A stretch of 59,199 bases of DNA from Salisapilia sapeloensis CBS 127946 (lineage: Eukaryota; Protista; Oomycota), in assembly GCA_023334545.1 (NCBI GenBank), contig JAADVB010000103.1:1-59199 (forward strand), given 5' to 3'. A program made the position numbers and the translations under genes. Shown here piece after piece: positions 1 to 10,803 of the stretch (within the stretch, counting starts at the first letter, position 1; every line of letters begins with the position of its first letter). The notes beneath the pieces are model-generated. The model was not told the DNA's origin, searched no databases, and saw only the letters and a list, made by a program, of their open reading frames with translations.

Positions 1-232
1 ATTTCGGAACTGGCGTAGTACAGTGGTGGACGAAGTAATTGGGTGGCATTTGTGACTCGCACTGTACTCCGTCCCACTGAAATGGCGAAGAGCTCAATGG
101 TGCAAGTAAATCGAATGCAGCTTCAACCTGAAGGGCTTCCGATGATACGCTCGACAATATTCCCGCCAAAGCATGACAGAGGAACGGACGATACACGTGA
201 AAAGGAAAGGAAAGGTAAATAGCGACGTAGGC
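1..232 (-). CDS. Possible partial exon running off the left edge (AYVAIYLSFPFHVYRPFLCHALAGILSSVSSEALQVEAAFDLL...)
   Basis: One minus-strand frame is open for 77 codons from a candidate TAG acceptor (233) to the window edge; the other two minus frames have stops. No family recognised. Confidence 0.25.
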
Positions 233-509
233 CTAGGACGGACTGCCAAACACTCAGGCGTTTATTCCTACGATAGTGTTTGCATGCTTGTGTTCATAGT
301 GCTTGGTGTTTCTTGCTTACCATCCAACTGTCTGACCAACGAACACAGCCTCGACTTTTAAAGCTACTACAAGAAAAAAGCTACCGTGTTGCAACTGTAT
401 GCGTTATCATATTTACTAGAAGCGATTAAAGCCGACACGAAAGCATGCTTGTACGTCGTAAATGAACATTTATCAATTGATCCATAGTGTTGAGCCTTCA
501 CCAAGCAGA

Positions 510-1298
510 TTAGGCACCAGGCGATAAGATCGGACATTCCCACCACAGATCGTCAAAGTCCAGCATCGGCATGTCTACTTGTTCATTGTTTCGAGTCGAC
601 TTGGACCGGAGCGGATGCAGCTTCCTCCGTCGACTCGTATTGAACTGAGCTACCGCCGCTCGACCAAAGGAAGCACTCTTCTTCTTGCACACGACAGTCA
701 GCGTTCCTCTTCCCTGCCGATATTCGATATAGTATCCGTTCATGTCAAATACTGGTGCAAAGCGTTCTAGCTGGAGCATACTGCGTAAATGGTTGTAGCT
801 CCGATGAGACGGCCTCACTGCGCTTTCAAAGAAAAAGTCTCGAACGACTTTAAAAGGAAAGGAGCAGCACTGGCTGCGTCGTGGTATGCCTGAAAATGTA
901 TGTGTGCAAAATATATTCACAAGCTGCGTCAAGTGGCTTCTTCGGTCCTGACAAAGGTCACTTGGGTTTCGATAGAACCAGTGTCGATGCGGCAGTCGAT
1001 ACTGACGAAGCGATTGAGCATAGCGGTGGCAGACGAAGCAGTCGATATGGGCACATTTGGTAAAGAACGCTTTTAGCATCGTGCACAGAGCTCGGAATTC
1101 GGAGAAACGGCGTTTGACGACCCACTGGACTTCTGCCTCGGCCATAGCAACTTGGATGACATATGACGTGTGGGTGCTTTCATGTTCGACACCGGTGATT
1201 TCGGCTACGAGTTTAGGCTCCAATTCTGCTGGTCCACATACGATTTCAAAGCGGTCTTGTGGAGACATGCCTTCGCTCATGACTTCTGGTACGGACAT
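510..1298 (-). CDS. PX (phox homology) domain protein
   Basis: ORF 510..1367. PX signature HTSYVIQV...WVVKRRFSEFRAL...LPHRHWF...DRRSHLTQLV. Start placed at MSVPEV (1298); start uncertain. Confidence 0.75.
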   Translation of the reverse strand: MSVPEVMSEGMSPQDRFEIVCGPAELEPKLVAEITGVEHESTHTSYVIQVAMAEAEVQWVVKRRFSEFRALCTMLKAFFTKCAHIDCFVCHRYAQSLRQYRLPHRHWFYRNPSDLCQDRRSHLTQLVNIFCTHTFSGIPRRSQCCSFPFKVVRDFFFESAVRPSHRSYNHLRSMLQLERFAPVFDMNGYYIEYRQGRGTLTVVCKKKSASFGRAAVAQFNTSRRRKLHPLRSKSTRNNEQVDMPMLDFDDLWWECPILSPGA

Positions 1299-1586
1299 GG
1301 ACGATCGAGAAATGAAGCGTAAAGAGCATAACTCGATAGTATGTATTGGCAAAAGTTTCCATGTCATAAGTAATCTGGAAGATACCGACGCTAAACTTGT
1401 CTCCTGTCGAAACTTTCCAAAGTCTACTCGCGACTATATTCAAAACTATCTAGACGCTTATAAAGATCAAAAGCTTTCCCCTACATGTTGCAACTGACCA
1501 AGGTACAGTTCACTCATATTGTGCGTCTTGTCTTTCCAAATCACGCCTACGTCTGTTTATAAGTAGCAATTAGGACTCTTGTGCTT

Positions 1587-2474
1587 TCATGACGTCTCCA
1601 TTGACATGCTAGAGGACATTGGAGGTTGACGAGCGCCTTCTAGCTCTGCTATCTTACTGAAAGCCTGCTCCAAAAGTTCGTTCTGTCGAGCTACTTGAGC
1701 TTGTAATGCACTTACTTGCTCGCGTAACGACACTTCTTCCGCCGACTGTGACTCTTGTGAATCCACCGCTGGCTCCAAGTGACCTGTTTTCTGTACTTTG
1801 GCGCGAGCGCGCTCTTCACCAGGCGCTCGAATGACCTTCTGACCTCTTTTCAACGCACGACGGCAGTTATGAATGTCATCACGCATGATACGCACGCCGG
1901 CTCGTCGGAGTTTGCTCAGCGTAGCTCTCGGAGGTAATTTGTTGGCTAAGTCCTCTTCAATGATGCGCTTCGTGCTCTCCGTTAGCTTCCGCATGGAAGG
2001 ATGGTGGACGAAGCTATCAGACGGTGGATGCGTGTGGTGCTCGTTGTCGACTCGGACGATCCACTTACTGTCACTCGTCCGCTTGAGCGTGAACTGAAAA
2101 GGACAATTGCACTTTAACGATGCACGCTTCCGGCGTCGCGTGCTCTCGCTCGACTCACTTGTGCTCGGAGCACCACCGCGATCACAAGTGTAGGTGATAG
2201 CCTGGAGCTTCCTTTCTCCACTCTCTGGATCTTTCGAGTCTCTTGTCCGTCGACGAGCAATGCCATAGCCTCGAGAGCACGTGAGATGGCGCAGCATCTC
2301 TTCAGCAGCGACGATATCGTCAAAGATTTCGCCATCGGACGGTGGCTTTAATAAATTCTCTTGATCTAGGTCGATTGCACCCTCTGGAAGGGACGTACTC
2401 GTGTTATTAACGCTCCGGTGGAGCTCTACAGCAGACGTGAGGAGCATCGGTGCCATCTCGTCGCTTTGGTTCAT
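1587..2474 (-). CDS. FAR1/AFT-type (WRKY-GCM1 fold) DNA-binding protein derived from a MULE transposase, no DDE domain
   Basis: RGYGIARRRT...ITYTCDRGG...ASLKCNCPFQF...WIVRVDNEHHTHPP (C..C..HxH), then MRKLT...DIHN and a C-terminal coiled coil. Start placed at MNQSDEM (2474). Confidence 0.8.
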   Translation of the reverse strand: MNQSDEMAPMLLTSAVELHRSVNNTSTSLPEGAIDLDQENLLKPPSDGEIFDDIVAAEEMLRHLTCSRGYGIARRRTRDSKDPESGERKLQAITYTCDRGGAPSTSESSESTRRRKRASLKCNCPFQFTLKRTSDSKWIVRVDNEHHTHPPSDSFVHHPSMRKLTESTKRIIEEDLANKLPPRATLSKLRRAGVRIMRDDIHNCRRALKRGQKVIRAPGEERARAKVQKTGHLEPAVDSQESQSAEEVSLREQVSALQAQVARQNELLEQAFSKIAELEGARQPPMSSSMSMETS

Positions 2475-2535
2475 TTTGCATGTGCTTTGCTGGTCAACTG
2501 AAATCACTTGGAGTTTGTATACTGGAGATACACCC

Positions 2536-4363
2536 ATGGCGACGGACGTGACGAGTAGCGAGGGCGGCATGGAGGAAAAGGCTGTGACTGCCGTAGCGAA
2601 GGAACAGATGAAAGAGAAAAAAAGTAAGCAGCCTAGGGCGTCGTCTGCACCAGGGAAGAAGAAGAAAGCGAATAAGCCGTTCAAAGCCTTGGGAGTGAAG
2701 AAGAAGAGCTGGCAATCGAACACGCAGGTGAATCGACTAGTGCAAATGGCATTGCTCAAGACACTGCTCCACGCTATCCGCAACGGATCTGTTGAAGGTG
2801 TACGAGTGGCTATTGAACGCGGCGTATCCGTCCACTACGTCGACAGTCGCCAACGGAATTTAATCATGTACAAAGTGTCGATTTCCATCTAGTTACGCTC
2901 GAATGACGAGGTATATGTAGGCATGCTGCCAAGCATGATACGGATGCTCGACTACGTATTGTGATCATCCTAGCGGATGCTGGATGTGATGTGAATCACA
3001 GGGATCAATTAGGATGGAGCTGTCTGCACTACGCTTGGTACTTGTTTACGCTCTACTACGACGAAAGTGGTTACGATACTGACGATATATTCTACAGTGC
3101 TAGTGGAGCGTTGGATGTAGCTAAGGAACTGGTTCGTCGAGACGTGAGCGTTGACTTTAATCCGTACGGGTACGGTCCGGAAGAGTTTGTCATTCCGAAG
3201 GTGTCCCGTGCCAAGAGTTTGCTGCAGCAGACGGAGCAGCTACAGCACGAGCATAACGTCAAGCAGTGCTGGGACTACTTTCGCCGTCAGACGGAGAAGG
3301 CTGGATACGCTGTCAAGTGTCGATCGGTACGTCATCTCTCTGGACACGGTAGATGCTTCTCTTACGACATTTGTCCTAGAATTGCGATTTGGGAAAGCCT
3401 TTAAAGGTTCAGTTCCAAGCTCCAGAAGGACATAGTGAGCACGATCGTATCCGTATCATGGATGTGAATCTGAGAACGCCACTGTGGCAGCAAGTGTCCA
3501 AGAACTTTAGCATTCCACCAGGTACCACTGGCTCCATCACGTTAGATGCCGAGACGTTGGATCAGCCTTCTTTATATCGCATCTGCTATGAAAAGTATGA
3601 GCCCGTTTCTTCCAAGAAGGCAGGGAAGAAGAGTGAAAAGAAGCTCGAGGGAAAAGTGTCCGCTCGAACGGTCAATGACATGGTCATGACGGAGCTCCAG
3701 ACTTCAGATGCTGGAAAGAGCACGAAACAGACGTCTAGATCCTCCAGAGCGAAGAGTCCGAAGAGTGTGGAGGCGAGGAGGAAGTCGAGTGCCCAGCAGC
3801 TCACTTCTCAAAGCGCCAAGCATGAGCATCATGCCGAGGAAGATGCTTCCTCTGACTTGGAAGAGATCCAGGAGGAAGAGCTCTCGAGTGACGACAGTGA
3901 GTTCGAGTCCGTGGCGGAGGACACGATCACGGCAGCTGCAGTGGCGGACCATCCATCCGTTAGCACGGTCACGGGCGTCCATAAGATCGTCGCAATGGCA
4001 GTCGTGAGCGTCTCGACGTTAAAGACTGTGCGTCCGAATGAATACGAAGTCATCGTGCGACGTCGCGGGGCGATCGGATTGACGTTGGAGCCAAAGCCAG
4101 ACAGCTCGAAACTGTCCACGCACTTGATTGTGCGTAGGAGCTCTGGGCAGGCAGCGACAGTGAGTCCTGGCGACAGTCTCGTGGCGATCGGGAATAGCAA
4201 CATTGAGCATGCTGGACTCCGACATACGTTGTGGGAGTTGAATGGCGCCGATCGACCGTTGACATTGCGTTTCCGTCGAGGCAATGCGAAGGCTAAAAGT
4301 AGTTTGTTCTCCAGTCTTCGCAGTCTATCTAGTAGTCGCCCAGCACCGACGATATCCGTTTAA
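2536..4363 (+). CDS. Ankyrin-repeat + Ig/SKICH-like + C-terminal PDZ protein (4 exons)
   Basis: Ankyrin motifs LLHAIRNGSVEGVRVAIERG, ADAGCDVNHRDQLGWSCLHYA. PDZ GAIGLTLEP...VSPGDSLVAIGN...RPLTLRFRR. GT-AG introns 2868-2920, 3038-3097 and 3327-3379 join the frames. Confidence 0.8.
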
Positions 4364-4735
4364 CAGTTGGATGGAAAAACTTGTCTAGATCGAATTGAAA
4401 CTCTCGTAACGTTCCTAGTAGTTGGCGTTGACTGATTTCTTTGTCTCTAGCAGACTTTTGTATCCCAAGTCTTCTTGGGATGATGTGCATGACGTGCCGT
4501 GGAAGTAGTCGTTACAGGTCGATTTAATGGAATATCCATCAAGGTTTCCATGACGAACTAGGAAGGAGCTTCGTGACTCGAAAGGTCACCTGCATAAAGT
4601 AACGAGCTCAGTGTCATCTTACGCGAGGGCTGGACGGATTGATGAAGCCAGTGGTAACTTGGAAATTAAGGAAATGTAACGACGGTTACATCAGAGAACC
4701 TTTTTCTCGAGTATCAAAACTTCATTTGCGCCGCC

Positions 4736-5077
4736 ATGAAGACATGGAAAACCAACTTACCATTGTTCGGACAAGCTCATGCGCTTTGTAAACGTCAGAC
4801 GGAAGACGCTGAGGCGAAAAAGCTGTCATCCATGCAAAAGAAGATCCAGAAAGAAATGAGAGCGAAGGAAAAACAACGGCGTGCCACCGCCAAGGCGAAT
4901 AAGAAGGCCGCGAAAGCGGAGCGGAAACGCGCTCGCAAGGAAGCGAGACGAGCGGAGAAAGCAAAAGAAGCTGCTATACGAAAGCAAATTGACGGAAGCA
5001 ATAATTGGGCAATGCTGAGCTGTGGTATCATAGCCTTCGCCCCGTACTTCATCAACTTTAATGCAAATGTAATGTGA
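4736..5077 (+). CDS. Small basic K/A/R-rich protein with hydrophobic C-terminus (possibly tail-anchored), unknown function
   Basis: 113 aa ORF with coiled-coil-like composition and C-terminal WAMLSCGIIAFAPYFINF; fills the gap between neighbouring genes. Confidence 0.5.
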   Translation: MKTWKTNLPLFGQAHALCKRQTEDAEAKKLSSMQKKIQKEMRAKEKQRRATAKANKKAAKAERKRARKEARRAEKAKEAAIRKQIDGSNNWAMLSCGIIAFAPYFINFNANVM

Positions 5078-5118
5078 TTATCGTTGAACATCTCGACCTA
5101 GTCTTCAATCGATACTAT

Positions 5119-5817
5119 TTAATCGTCCCCTACAAATACATCCGCATTGCTGCTCGCACTGCTGTTCGCATTGCTGTTCCCATTGCTACTGTTCGTCATA
5201 CCTGATATGTAGACGAACGGAGCGAAGAGTGCCGGGTTGTATGCACCGTAGATGAACATGACCGAGTGAGTCGCGGACGCGGCGTAGTTACCATACACTT
5301 TTGTCTTGGAGACGTCACTTGTGAAGGCTTCTGTCGTCGTTCCGGCTTTCACAATCGTGGTCGTCTCGCTCCCGGACGCAGATTCATTCTTTTCTCCACT
5401 CGAATGTCCATGGGGAATGGTAGGATACGCAGACCACCCCATGATCGCAGGACTAAAGGCCCCCATGAGTAGAAAGCCTGGTCTGGAGCTGCTTGCCAAG
5501 TAATTACCGCGGACCGCTTGAGATGATATTCTGCTCATAAACATCTTGTCTGTCGTTCCACTCCGACTGATGGAAGTAATGGACGTCCTCGAAGATGAGG
5601 TCAAGGTGGTTCGACTAGTAGACATTCGTCCACTGATCTTACTTGACTGCATCTTTCCGATTCTACCCGCACCTCCACCTCCACCTCCACCTCCACTGAT
5701 CCCTCTTCCGCCTATTTTGCCAACTCCCGTGAATCGCAAAGCACTCGTATTGTCGATGCGGTCGAAGCAGTAGAGTACCACAAGTATGTATATGATAAAG
5801 TGTCTTGAGATCTTCAT
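5119..5817 (-). CDS. Predicted secreted Gly/Ser-rich orphan protein
   Basis: N-terminal MKISRHFIIYILVVLYCF resembles a signal peptide; poly-Gly tract, S/T-rich linker and an internal two-copy motif; intronless. Confidence 0.6.
   Translation of the reverse strand: MKISRHFIIYILVVLYCFDRIDNTSALRFTGVGKIGGRGISGGGGGGGGAGRIGKMQSSKISGRMSTSRTTLTSSSRTSITSISRSGTTDKMFMSRISSQAVRGNYLASSSRPGFLLMGAFSPAIMGWSAYPTIPHGHSSGEKNESASGSETTTIVKAGTTTEAFTSDVSKTKVYGNYAASATHSVMFIYGAYNPALFAPFVYISGMTNSSNGNSNANSSASSNADVFVGDD
5671..5696. repeat. (ACCTCC)4 hexanucleotide repeat encoding poly-Gly on the minus strand
   Basis: Direct read: acctccacctccacctccacctccac. Confidence 0.9.
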
Positions 5818-6206
5818 GTCTAGTAGGATTTTAAAAAATCGATTAAGGAGCGACTCGATTGAAATCTCGGGGAAGGATATTTGCATGGGTACAAGGAGAA
5901 TCCGTCAACCAGGTGTTTATTTACGTGTAGAATCAAGTCTTCATGGATACATCTAAAGAGAGAAGTCAAGCATAACGAACATGTCCCATGGCAAGAGCGC
6001 CGGGTGAGATGCAAAGTGTATATCATACGTGCTAAACGCGCTCTACTGACGGCGCTACCACCTACTTGGATCTAGACTAGTTGATGCCCCCTGGTTAAAT
6101 GGCACTCGAAAAAGCTCCTACCCTTCTTAGCACATAGCTTGCAGACACTCTTGGGTGTCTTACCAACGTCAATCACATCTAGCGGATTAGCCTATTCCAG
6201 CAGACG

Positions 6207-7201
6207 TCATGCAAGTAGAAACCTAACAAGAAATAAATCAAGTACCATAAAGTGCTCGCCTAGTTTCTCTGGATCCATTTGAAACTCTCGATTTTCCTGC
6301 GAATTGAAGACCGTGGCAGGATCTAGGCGTCCATAAAATTTCAGCTTTTGCACGTGCCCAAGTGTTGATTTTAAGAAAGTACCTGCCCGACCTCCTGCTC
6401 TCCAGACGTACCACACTTGTGCTTCCCACCAAGCTGGATCTGTATCACCTTCATTTACGTACTATATAATATAGATTAGATGATATGGAAGAGTACAAAG
6501 ATCAATGTAAACGCACAGCAACGGAAATGTAGCTTCCTGGCTGGATCTTCCACAGCCATTTCTTCACTTCCTTGTTGAATGACTCTGGCGCGTTGCCATA
6601 CTTGTAGCTACATGCATATTATGAGCACAATACATGATGTAGAAGTACTGAGACAAAGTTACTTTTTCCGTAACTGCCACTCACCGCCAGAACCGTTCGT
6701 TCGAATGGATTTCCATGGCATGTGACCTTGGAATTTCCACGCGTGTGGTAGAATGGTCTTGGACGGATCACTTGGGTCGATGTCGACGTACCCAAAGGCC
6801 CACTGTGGAAACTGTTCGCGCATCGGACCTGTCTTGTAGCCGCCGTATTGGACAAAGAGCCTGTAGACGCAGTTGAGATGCATGTCTAAGTACTGTGTCC
6901 ATGTCTGAGACGACTTTTTCTCTTCGGCAAACACTAGTTTCCCATGCTTCTTCTCCTTTTCGCTCATGAAAGCCTTCGTACTGACTTCCGCGAGCACCTC
7001 GACGTCCTGTCGGAGCTGTCGGTTCACTTGACCAAAGGCTGCTAGATCCGACGGTAGCAAGAACGATGCAACATACTGCTTCACATCCATATCAAAGTTC
7101 ACTAGACTACGCACAGGCGTGTAGCTGCTTAAATTTCGACTCAACTTGGCTTTCTTCCGTGGTTCACCACGCGCTTTCACAGCTCGTTTCGCCAAGTTCA
7201 T
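6207..7201 (-). CDS. F-box-like protein with C-terminal Agenet/Tudor-like segment (3 exons)
   Basis: F-box-like FDMDVKQYVASFLLPSDLAAFGQVNRQLR. Introns 6608-6662 and 6462-6516 (55 nt each, GT-AG) extend the ORF to a stop at 6207. The start could be upstream (7324). Confidence 0.6.
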
Positions 7202-7401
7202 TTGATAGTACACACTTTCGAGTCGAAGCATGCAAGAGCAGACTTTCCGTCCATCGCAGCTACGTGTATGCTTAACCTTGTTCGTCATAGCATCTTTCTC
7301 GTCAGTGCTCGAACGCACTGCCATGCTGGGCTCGATGTGACGGCTTTTCGAGAGATAGTCGACGGTGCTTTCTTATACGAGACAAGTAGAGTGGTTCCTG
7401 C

Positions 7402-9536
7402 GTGATGCTGCGGACTCGAGTTAGTAGCGGCTTAGGTCGATATGGGGCTCGAATGTGGAGTTCCAGTCGTGTATTGCAATATGGAAATGGAAACAAGTCA
7501 AGTCCGGTTGCACGAGTACGAGGCACGAGGGATTTGTTACCATTAGAAGCTGAAAAGCATCGACAAGTGGTTGGCATCTTGCAGCAGGTCGTGGATAGCT
7601 ATGGCTTTCGACAGGTATAGAGGTTTGGTGGCTAGTGCTGGGTATGTGGATGATGGAGTCGTGCGGATAGATACAAACGCCTTTGATGGAATACACGAAC
7701 TTGTTTGGCCGGTCGCTTGGAGGAGACTCGGACATTGTCATGAAGGTGTGTTTATGGCGTTCTCATTGTTGCTAGTACTCGTACTGAGTATTAGATAGGA
7801 AATGTATACGTTCGAAGACAAGTCTGGGAAGAGTGTGACTCTGCGCCCAGAAGGCACTGCAGGTATTCGAGTGTGATGACAGTGGTTGGAAGGCTGGTGG
7901 TGACCTCATCTTTCTAGGCATTATCCGCGCTCTAGTGTCGAATAACTTGAAGCAAGAGCTACCGATGAAGCTCTCCTACTCTGGTAGCATGTACAGGTAC
8001 AGTCGGCATTGCTATCTCTTATCGGGCCAAGTGTCCACTTGAATACGAAGCTCATGCGTGATGATTTAGATACGAGCGTCCACAGCGTGGTCGTTATCGT
8101 GAGTTCCAGCAATTTGGTACGATAGTATTCTACCGTTTGATTTTGCGTTGTCTGACTTTTTGGCCACAGGGGCGGAGTACTTGGGTTCGTCTGGTCCATC
8201 CGTCGACATCGAAGTAGGATCTTTTCATGTAAAAAAAGAGAAGCTGGCGTTTATCTAGTGCATGTACTAGGTAATCGCAATGGCTGCTCATGCTCTTGAC
8301 AAGCTGCAGATTCTAGACAAAGTGCAGTTGCAGCTCAACTCGCTTGGGGATGTCGATAGGTACCTACTTGTAGCAACAACAATGGATGTGGAAAGATATT
8401 AACATGGACGTACTATTACATGACAGTCGAGCCAACTATCGAGAAGCCTTGACAACGTACTTTGAACGCTTCCGACAGGATCTGTCTGCTGACAGCATCA
8501 GCAGGTCCATTCTCTCTAGACTCTTTCTTCCTATACATGAAGTCGGAAATAGCTGATTATAATTCTTGACGACAGACTTGAACGAGGAAGTGTCCTACGC
8601 ATACTGGACTCCAAGGATCGTTCGGACCAAGCGATTGTAGAGAACGCACCGCGTTTAATTGACTATCTTACCCCGACTGCTACACAAGTACGTATTTGCA
8701 TGAATTTAATACCTCTTTGGTGTGCTCATCGTCTGTAAAGCGAATGGAAACGGTCTTGCGTGGACTGGATGCCATGGGCATCCCGTATGAGCACAACTCT
8801 CGCCTTGTCCGAGGACTGGTACGCTCTTTCTCTTCATTCGGTCGTATTATGAGCAGGAACGAATGATCGTGTTGACTTTGTAGGACTACTACAGCCATAC
8901 AGTGTTTGAATTTGTAGAGCAGCAGGAAGAGTCCGATGGAAAGGGTCAATTAGGTATCGCTGTGCTTGCTGGAGGCTGCTATACGGAGCTATCGAGTGCG
9001 CTGGGTGGCCCAGATATTGACTGCATCGGGTGGGCAGCCGGTGTGGATCGACTCTGTCTGCTAGCACAGGGTCTCCAACCTCCCTCTCCTTCGTTAGCTG
9101 TATGGAAACTGCATGTATTATAAATGTGGAGATGGCTTATGTTGTATGTCTAGGTCGTTCCTGTCTTGTCTGGTGACGATTCCGAAGCGATTCTGCATCG
9201 GTCGATGGACGTTGCCGAGGTACACGGAAGAACTATAGATTCCTACTAGACTAGCTGACGTGTGATGCAGAGACTACGCCGACAAGGACACGTCGTGCAC
9301 TTTTGCCATGGCCGAGGGAACTTGAAGAAGCAGATGAAGGTAGGATTTGTGACTCTAGTTTACGTTGTCAAGTAGCTTTATCATGTTTTTAGGCTGCTGC
9401 GAAGCTGGATTCGACGCATGCGATCATATTGGGTGGAGATGAACTCGCCAACGACTGTGTCAAGGTCAAGGACATGAACAAGCGAGAGGAAGTGTCAGTG
9501 TCATTGGAAACCTTGACGGACATGACATTTGAATAG
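7402..9536 (+). CDS. HARS2: Mitochondrial (bacterial-type) histidyl-tRNA synthetase, 14 exons
   Basis: R/S-rich presequence; RGTRDLLP, IQTPLMEYT, EMYTFED..VTLRPEGTAG, YERPQRGRYREFQQFG, LVRGLDYY, GWAAGVDRL and the anticodon-binding tail. 13 GT-AG introns of 51-73 nt give one continuous frame. Confidence 0.95.
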
Positions 9537-9594
9537 ACGAATGGAATAGACAAAAGGAATTTGTTGAGCGGATGAGAAGCTTCTTAAAAACCTT

Positions 9595-9897
9595 TTATAG
9601 CGTTTGTGGTTGACCGACTTCGAGTGTATCTAGTGCCTGGTTCTCGGCTTTTAAACGCTGTTGTTGGATATATGTTCGGCGTTGTCGAGCGATCCGTCGA
9701 CGCTCCTTTTTCTCTTCCAACTCTCGCTCATGGACATCGAGCACCCACTGGTACTTGGATCGATTTAGACCGAAGAAGTCGGCTAGTACTTCACCAACGA
9801 ACTCGATCTTGTCAAAAGTCTGGTCTCCCAGCCAGACTATCCACTCTTGTAATTGCTGCGGGCGTGTAGAGCTGGATGCTTCTTCCGAAGTTGTCAT
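9595..9897 (-). CDS. FAM177: FAM177-family small protein
   Basis: EFVGEVLADFFGLNRSKYQWVLD matches the FAM177 pattern (GE.LA.FFG....KYQ..ID) followed by a charged helix. Confidence 0.7.
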   Translation of the reverse strand: MTTSEEASSSTRPQQLQEWIVWLGDQTFDKIEFVGEVLADFFGLNRSKYQWVLDVHERELEEKKERRRIARQRRTYIQQQRLKAENQALDTLEVGQPQTL

Positions 9898-10803
9898 GAC
9901 GGTGGAAATGGTACCTTTATGCTCTTGAAAATGCACGTGACTGTATAAATGGTCGCCATCTTCGAGTGATATGCACGAAACGACCGATTGATAGTACATT
10001 TATCTGCACGTAGAAGCATGAACTGCTTTTTGTCATGAAGATGTTTACAAGAGAATAATTCTGATGTAGATAAAGTACGCATGCGATTCGTTCTAGATAC
10101 TCTTCATGCTGGATCATATTGAAAGATAGGAAAAAGTAATCGTACTCGTTGTTTCGTTTCTGTACTATATCTCATTTTGAACATGAACAAGTGCCAAACG
10201 TATGCAAGTAGTACTAGACATGACAGTGTACACAAAGGCACTGGAGGAGCTTCAGTTGTCCATCTCATTCGTCTTCACTTATGTAAAGTATACTTTGTGT
10301 CTCGCACAAATCTCGACGCGATGGAACGTTGGACACTGGACGTCGGATATGTAGCCATCGGGTATCCGTCGTAGCTCGTCGGCGTGTCTAGATTACCACG
10401 ATGGGCTTCAACGGAGGACTGAAGCGCGCTCGACCTTGGCGCCTCTCGCCCATACAAATTATAAATATAATCTATTCTAAGCTTGGCGTTGACTTGTTTT
10501 TTGTATGCTGGACAAAGAACGCGGACCAAAAGTCTGAATTAGCCCTCAAGCCACAAGGTTCGCGTCTCGACCGAAGACGCTTCTAGTCATGGATGGTACG
10601 TGTACAACTTAATAAAATATAGGCTTGTATATGCATCTGCCTTTGTAGTCGAGATGGCAGTGTTTTAAACGGGTTGGAAAGAGTATTCATCTCCATCCGT
10701 TCCAGCATTTCGCGCCCAATTCCTAAATATACGAAAAGACCTGGACGAGAAGCTCATATGCTTTATGTGGATAGTCAATGCGCTCAAGACTCGAATGGGA
10801 GGC

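Noticed and set aside
1587-2783. Intact Mutator transposon at the FAR1 locus
   Set aside because: No DDE domain and no terminal inverted repeats noticed. The upstream ~100 codons of the ORF overlap the ankyrin gene in antisense and are probably not translated.
4462-4481. 8-bp hairpin ATCCCAAG-TCTT-CTTGGGAT downstream of the ankyrin-PDZ stop
   Set aside because: Short enough to arise by chance in 59 kb; no supporting context.
5119-5817. RxLR or Crinkler effector call for the secreted orphan
   Set aside because: No RxLR-dEER or LxLFLAK motif after the signal peptide.
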